From assembly GCA_965112155.1 (NCBI GenBank), contig OZ218114.1: 64,000 nucleotides of DNA. The stretch is one strand, 5' to 3'. Position 1 is the stretch's first letter; every line of letters starts with the position of its first letter. The notes beneath the pieces were generated by a model. The model was given only the letters and a program-made list of their open reading frames with translations. It searched no databases and was not told the origin of the DNA. Both the position numbers and the translations under genes were made by a program. This DNA is from Podarcis liolepis (Eukaryota). Below, in pieces: positions 54,029 to 64,000 of this stretch.

Positions 54029-55986
54029 ATGGCAACAGCACACGACAGGGCAGTTTTGCAAAGCATATTCCACCCCGACGCCCCTTTTGGCGACCTCTCT
54101 GATGAGCTGGAGGAGCAGGAGACCCTCAATGGAGAAGGTGAGTTTGGCTTCTGCATGAGATGGGGCAGGGGAGAGGGACTTTCCTGGAGGCATCGTCTGT
54201 CTCTACCTTGAGCTCCCGGAGGCATCAGAGCAGCTTCAGACTGCCAAGAAGTGGAGGTTCAAGGATGGTGGGGGGCTGCATAGGGGAAAGCCCCACCTAC
54301 CCATCTCTGTGTAATTGGAGCAGCAGCAAATCCCTCTGTTTTTCATTAAGGAGGCCTTTACAAGGCTCATAGCCCTGGAAAAGAGGGCCTCTCCTTCACC
54401 ATCAGCAGCATAGGAGCCAACTCCTAGGGGCCGAGGTCCCTTCAACAACCCCCCCCCCCAATAAAATATTGAAGGGGTCTGGGGACCCAAAAGTTGATAG
54501 GCATTGCCATTCAAATTGTGTGTGTGCACCATGTCTTGCAATCGATTATGGTGGGTTGGGGTTTATACCTGCCCCCCAAATATTTTATTCAAGTTGGCAC
54601 CCCTGGTCTGCAGTGGGGGGAGGCTGCTTTCAGAAACTTGCCAGCCTTCTTCTGCAGGCATCACGTCCATGGTGGTGCAGCCTGACCTCTGATCGTCACC
54701 TGACCACAATTCATCGCACTTTGCCCTGGAGAAGGTGGGTAGGCTTTTCCCCACAGGCTTTCTGTCCCCTTGTCCCTGATAAATTTCTGGGCTCTCTTGA
54801 GTGGCTGCATTTTAGCGGCTGTGATGTAGTCAGCCGTGTAATTAGCACTGGCTTGGAGGCCAGTGGAAGTTCCAGTGGCTGTAGGATGGGGGGGGGGTTG
54901 CATGCCTATGTAGTCTAGCTGTCTTCTGTCCCCCCGCCCTTGACCTGGAGCTATTAACAAAACTGCTTCTCCTCATAATGAGACAGAAGCAACCTTTGAC
55001 CCGGCGCTCCTGGAACAAGCCACTCAGCTAGAGATCCAGGGCATTGAAGCTGCTGAAGCTGGAGACCTGCAGAAGGCTCTGGAGAGATTTGACCGGGCCA
55101 TTCAGCTGCTCCCTGAGCGAGCCGCAGCCTACAACAACCGGGCCCAGGCCTTCCGCCTCAAGGGCAACACAGCAAGTAAGTGAGCAAGGCAGTGCTGTTC
55201 TGCATTGACACAGAGGATAGGGGCCCTCTCCCTGGGACAGGCACCATGTCTGCTGTGTAGCCTGAGCCTAGCAAAAGGAGGACTGAGCAAACCCCCTGGA
55301 CAGGGAACACCACGTCCCTTGTCCTCTTCAAGGGCTTTTCAGAGACCTTCCCATTCTCTGGGCTCAATATTGGTGCGGCTGCTTGCTTGGGAACCCACCT
55401 ACCGGGGCATCTCCCCATGCCACAGCCAGCCCTACAAGGTCCCCGAGAATCAAAGCTCTGAGCTAAGAACCTGCTACCTAAAGCGGAACCCAAACCACCA
55501 AAAACAGTCCCCAATCTTAATAAAACAATTGCTTTCCATTTCAACTCTGTCCATGCTGAAGATGGTGCCACTGTGTGGGCAGAGCTGCTGCCACTTCCCC
55601 TTCTGCAATATCTCTGCTATGATTCACAAGGCAGGTTCCATGGCGTTCCCCTCCATCATTTGCATGTATTTCTTCTCTCCCCGTCAGGTGCCCTGGAGGA
55701 CCTGGGTACGGCACTGCAGCTTAGCAGGGGCGTTGGCCGTGTAGCCTGCCAGGCGTTTGTGCAGCGAGGGCTGATCCAGCGCTTGCAAGGCCACGAGCAA
55801 GAGGCCCATAGGGACTTTGAGCAAGCGGCCAGACTGGGCAGTGCCTTTGCCCGTCGTCAGCTGGTCCTGATGAATCCGTACGCAGCCCTCTGCAATCAGA
55901 TGCTCTCTGAAATGATAAAGAAACTGAGGGGCCCAAGCAAAGAGCCCCAGACGGAGGCTTCCTCTGGGGAGAAAGTGTGTCGCTAA
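54029..55986 (+). CDS. TTC36: Tetratricopeptide repeat protein 36, 198 aa; exons 54029-54137, 54987-55175, 55688-55986
   Basis: [22 protein letters not shown]; TPR segment AYNNRAQA; C-terminal [19 protein letters not shown]; exon total 597 nt; syntenic position after KMT2A. Confidence 0.96.
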
Positions 55987-56104
55987 GGACAAACGAGGGC
56001 TCAGCCTGCAATTTCTCTCCCAAAGGCAAGCTGGGGATGCTACTCCTCACCTTTCAAGCTCCAAAGATAATATAAAAACAATGTTCCATCGGGTTACGGT
56101 CCGG

Positions 56105-56170
56105 AATAAACTATGCAAATTAAGCACCCTGAAAAACCTTTGTAATAAGTTTTGTTTCTTTCTTAATAAA
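56105..56170 (+). terminator. TTC36 candidate poly(A) signals
   Basis: AATAAA at 56105 and 56165; U/GU-rich sequence downstream of the second. Confidence 0.6.
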
Positions 56171-56214
56171 GATCTCTGTGACAAAATTGTACTTTTATGT
56201 TGTATTAATTGTTC

Positions 56215-56970
56215 AGATTGAGAAACAATACCTGAGGACTGGAAAGCGGTCAATGTAGCACCAACTTTTTAAAAACGATTCAGAAGGGATCTGGGGAATT
56301 ACAGGCCTGTTTGTTTATCTGCTCCTGGAAAACTGGTGGAAACCAATACAAGTCACAACATTACTATGCAGGGAGTAGGAGGAGCTCTAAAGCAGTGTTA
56401 TTCAACAGATCCAGACCCAAGACCCACCTCTGAGTCCCAAGCTGCAACATGGGACCCACTTCCACTTTTAATTTATACTTAATATTGCTAATAGTGCCCA
56501 CTGTTAATTCTAAAATGACAATTAACAGAGCAATATACATAGTGTTGCTTTAGCATTACTACTAAATGAAAATCAGTGCTGCAATGTAGCAGGAGAAAGG
56601 AACAGGCATGTGACTGGCCAGAAATATGTATCGTATTAAAAATTGGCTCCTGCCTTTCTCCTGCCACATCAGAGCATTTGTAGAAATTGATAAAATGGGT
56701 GTCTCATCCAGAACTTGACCTAGTCTAGACACACATGCAATGCTCCTTTTCGTCTGCTCAGCCTAAGCTGGAATCCAGCCTCTCTGTGACCCACTTGGTG
56801 TGGCCTCACAACCCACGAGATCTGTGCAAAGGGGTCTCTCCAAACTGAGTGGATGAGCAGTAAAATGGCAAATGCAATTAGTGATGCACAATGGATTAAA
56901 AAATAATCCAAGTTTCACAGACCTGCTAAGGGGGTCTGAACTAACCAGGAAAGATCTAGGAGTCCTGATG
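56215..56970 (+). mobile_element. Fragmented CR1 ORF2, apparently interrupted at ~56390-56720
   Basis: PEDWK..NV.P.F...D.GNYRPV-like sequence at 56230-56340; further RT-like remnants at 56835-56970. Confidence 0.6.
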
Positions 56971-57171
56971 GCAGAAGATGACCTGCCCCAAACACACTCA
57001 TGTGGCCAAGTTCTGCTTTATACACTAATAAAGCACTTATAAACCCCGTCACTTCTCAGAATCACCAGGCTTAAACTCCAGGTGTTTTAAAGGTGGCCTT
57101 CCTGATGCCTGTGGGAACTCAAAAGGAGATGGAGCGAAGGCAAAAGCCTTCCCTGGCGGGGTGAGCTCAGG

Positions 57172-57241
57172 AGTCAAAGAATTGTAGAGTTGGAAGGGAC
57201 ACCCGAGGGTCATCTAGTCCAACCCCCTGCAATGCAAGAAT
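57172..57241 (-). mobile_element. CR1 extreme 3' end
   Basis: AGAATTGTAGAGTTGGAAGGGAC...GGTCATCTAGTCCAACCCCCTGCAATGCA; similar stubs near 11115, 36425 and 47613. Confidence 0.75.
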
Positions 57242-57249
57242 GTCAGGGA

Positions 57250-61336
<4,087 letters not shown>

Positions 61337-61805
61337 GGGCTGTTGCTGCACCCACCAGCAGGTGTGAAGAGCAGCAGCGGAAGTCCTGAGGAGGTGGACT
61401 TCCAAGGCAGCTTGAACTGCAGGGAAGAGGCCTTGCACCTCTAAAGCAAGATCCCATGTGTGAGGCCCCAGTGCCTGAAAGAAGGATATTGATGACTGTG
61501 GTCCAAGGAAGACCTGCAGCTGCCAAGGGCTGCCCCCACCCCACCCCACCCCAAGCTGCAGTACATCTCTAGGCCCACCAAGTGACTCGTGTTCCCCTGA
61601 AGAACATCCCTCCCACTATAGCCATCGGTTGGCCCACTCCTCCTTCCTCTTCCCAACCTCAGGGATGGCTCAATCTGCATGTGATGGCTCTTCCTTGGCA
61701 TGAAGGGGACCAGCCAGGCCACCGGGAAACTGGCAAGCCCCGGCGCTGCTGCTGCTGCTGTCAACTGAGCTGAAGCATGCTGCTTTGTAGCTTCTGCACT
61801 TTACA

Positions 61806-61811
61806 AATAAA
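61806..61811 (+). terminator. TMEM25 poly(A) signal
   Basis: AATAAA ~470 nt after the stop codon. Confidence 0.6.
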
Positions 61812-62103
61812 TGGCTGTGATCAAAGTGCCGTCCCTGTCCTTCCCCTCCAGAAAGCCAATGGAGGGAACCAAAGCCTAAGCCCAGGCAAAAGAGGCAGGG
61901 CTCAGAAGGAAATACCACTAACAGATTTGGCAACGCTCAATGGGCTGAGCTGGCCAGTGTCTGAGCTGGTAAATGACACTTTAAGAGCCCCAAATAGCCA
62001 CAGTACTCTGAAATTGTTCTGAGTCCATCCACAACTCAGACTGCAGCCTACCCTCCACAGCTGTGAATCTCCTTCAAGGACAAAGTAGCACTATAAGCAA
62101 AAC

Positions 62104-62109
62104 TTTAAT
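62104..62109 (-). terminator. IFT46 poly(A) signal (ATTAAA)
   Basis: Plus-strand TTTAAT ~215 nt past the IFT46 stop. Confidence 0.55.
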
Positions 62110-62323
62110 AAGGCAAATTCTCACAGAAGCTGTACAAAGAAAGGTAGATGAGATGCTGGTGGCTTTCTGAGTGGTCAGGGGCCTTTGAGCCAGATCCTGA
62201 CTCCATTAGGTCCACTGGAAGCCTGAATAGCAGTTGCCCAAACAAGAAGGCCTCAGGCCCTGCAGCACCACAGGCTGGCACTTCTCTGGAACAGGTCCCA
62301 CCTGGGGCAGGAAGGCAGGCGTC

Positions 62324-63658
62324 TCAGGTAAAGCTCAGGATGTCTGTCTCGCCAGCCTGTGAGGGGGGATTGGAGGGAGGGCTTGCAACCTTCTTGCCCT
62401 CAGCCAGAGCCTTAAAATGCTGCAGGAGAGAGAAGGGGGCAGGGAGAACACCATCATTTTAGGCAGCGCTAGGGCAAGGCCGCTCCAGGTGAGGCTTGGG
62501 AAAAGACACAGGGAGCAATCCATTTAGCAGTGCCCCCACATGAACATGGACACCAGACCAGAGCTGCTGCTCTTCAGATCCTTGTGTCTCCTACCTGTGA
62601 ATTTTTGAATTCTGAGTAGAGGGAGAAAAGGGTGTGCAGGGACTGGATATGGCCCTTGTAGACAGGAATGTCCAGAATAGCTGAAGAGAAAATATAATGG
62701 CTATTTAGTCTGATTCCAACAAGCAAGAAGACTTTTGCTGGGTGCTGCATAGCTGAGGGGCATTTTGAGAAGAGGCCAATTCCGACACCGACTGGAGCAG
62801 ATCTCTACCCCTAAAAGGATTGGTATAGGTGAGCACCACATCAGCAAAAGGGCACTCACCACATATCATGTCTGTGTATTCTGCCAGGCTGCAGTTAATA
62901 TCTGCAGTGGGAAGGCTCACCTGAAAAGCAGAGAGGGAAAGGTCAGCTCAGTACTCTCTTTCTCTGCATGAATCTCTTTAGAGGCCCACAAGCTTCTCCC
63001 TCCTGCTGACAAGCCCCCTCTCTTAGGCCAGGCCAAAACTAGAAGTTGGAGAGGAGGACAGCTGACAGACACTACCTTTCCCAGCAGCTCTTCAAACTCA
63101 GGGGACCACTCCTGCATCAGCGTGTCTATATCAGGCATGGGCCTACAAGGAAGAAATACCAGGGAGCAGCTTGAAATGGCCATGGCTCCTCCACACAGAG
63201 GGTGCATTTGGCTTTCTTCCCCCACCCCCAGCACGGAACAAAGGTGGGGCTGAGTGCTGGCAGGCCTTGCCCTTGCCCTCATCCCTCCCTCCAAGAGGCC
63301 CACCTAGCATAGTGGACTGTAGCTGGGGGTTTGCAGCGATGCAGCTCACTGATGCTCTCAATCCAGCTCTCAATGGCTTTGGGATTCTTCTCAGCATTCT
63401 CCAGGCTCTTCACTTTAATCTGCTGCTGGAAACAGAGACCAGAACATGCCCCAATGTGCCTCCTCAACAGAACCAAGGGCTGTCTTGCATCCAAGAGGAG
63501 TCACTTCACCCACCCTCTCTCCTACTTACGGCCACATTGTGCTGCTTAGAGTTTTCCGTTAACCAGAGGGAGAGAACAGTGGGGTCGGACTGCTTGGTCG
63601 ATGGCTCATCCAGCACCAGCAATCCAAGATTATCTGGCTTCCCATCAGGGCGTGGAAC
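62324..63658 (-). CDS. IFT46: Intraflagellar transport protein 46, 3' part; exons (-) 63530-63658, 63304-63425, 63076-63142, 62860-62920, 62595-62680, 62324-62419
   Basis: VPRPDGKPDNLGLLVLDEPSTKQSDPTVL; KNPKAIESWIESISELH; PMPDIDTLMQEW; FSLYSEFKNSQHF...ILSFT*; 5' exons lie beyond the window. Confidence 0.96.
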
Positions 63659-64000
63659 CTATGAGAAACAAGCCAGGGTGTCCTTTGCACATGAGAGTTT
63701 CCATTATTCTATTCTTCATGTACACACCCAGGAACAAGACCAGTCAAGAGAGTTTCTGCTGGGAATGGTCAGTCACTATAACAAACAAAATGTGGCCCTG
63801 CCTGCTGACAAAGCCAAGGATCTGAAATAAACCTTTGCTGCCCTGTCACACCAAAGGCCCCTCTAGTTCATCATTTTGTCCTCTCAGTGGCCAAGCAGAT
63901 GCTCAGTGGGAAAGCCATAAGCATCACTTGAGGGCAACAAAAATTCTTCCCACTTATCTACAAGGATTCTGCAAAGCAGCTAACCTTTCAGCACTGTTGA

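Noticed and set aside
63171-63830. 219-aa plus-strand ORF
   Set aside because: Non-ATG start, antisense to IFT46 exons, no recognisable protein.

Overview
Vertebrate genomic DNA, almost certainly from a squamate reptile. The Sauria-SINE subtype, Squam3-like SINE and MITE types point to a lacertid lizard. The window carries the syntenic block found at human 11q23.3. It holds the complete KMT2A/MLL1 gene (+; ATG 4393, stop 48285, 36 coding exons, ~3,970 aa, poly(A) signal 51531), complete TTC36 (+; 3 exons, 198 aa), complete TMEM25 (+; 8 coding exons, 366 aa) and the last six coding exons of IFT46 (-). Exon boundaries were read by hand from splice signals, frame continuity and recalled similarity to the human proteins. 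Introns and intergenic DNA contain CR1/L2/L1 remnants, SINEs, hAT and Tc1/mariner-type MITEs and microsatellites. No wholly new gene system is evident. The best leads are: a candidate KMT2A intron-1 cassette exon whose stop overlaps a new in-frame ATG (poison exon or menin-motif-less MLL); a natural Leu at the SET-I position equivalent to human Q3867; non-canonical splice sites (GC-AG intron, GAG acceptor); a retained PHD3 -11 aa acceptor; a motif-dense 3'UTR module with two competing hairpins; and an open, in-frame TMEM25 intron 1.
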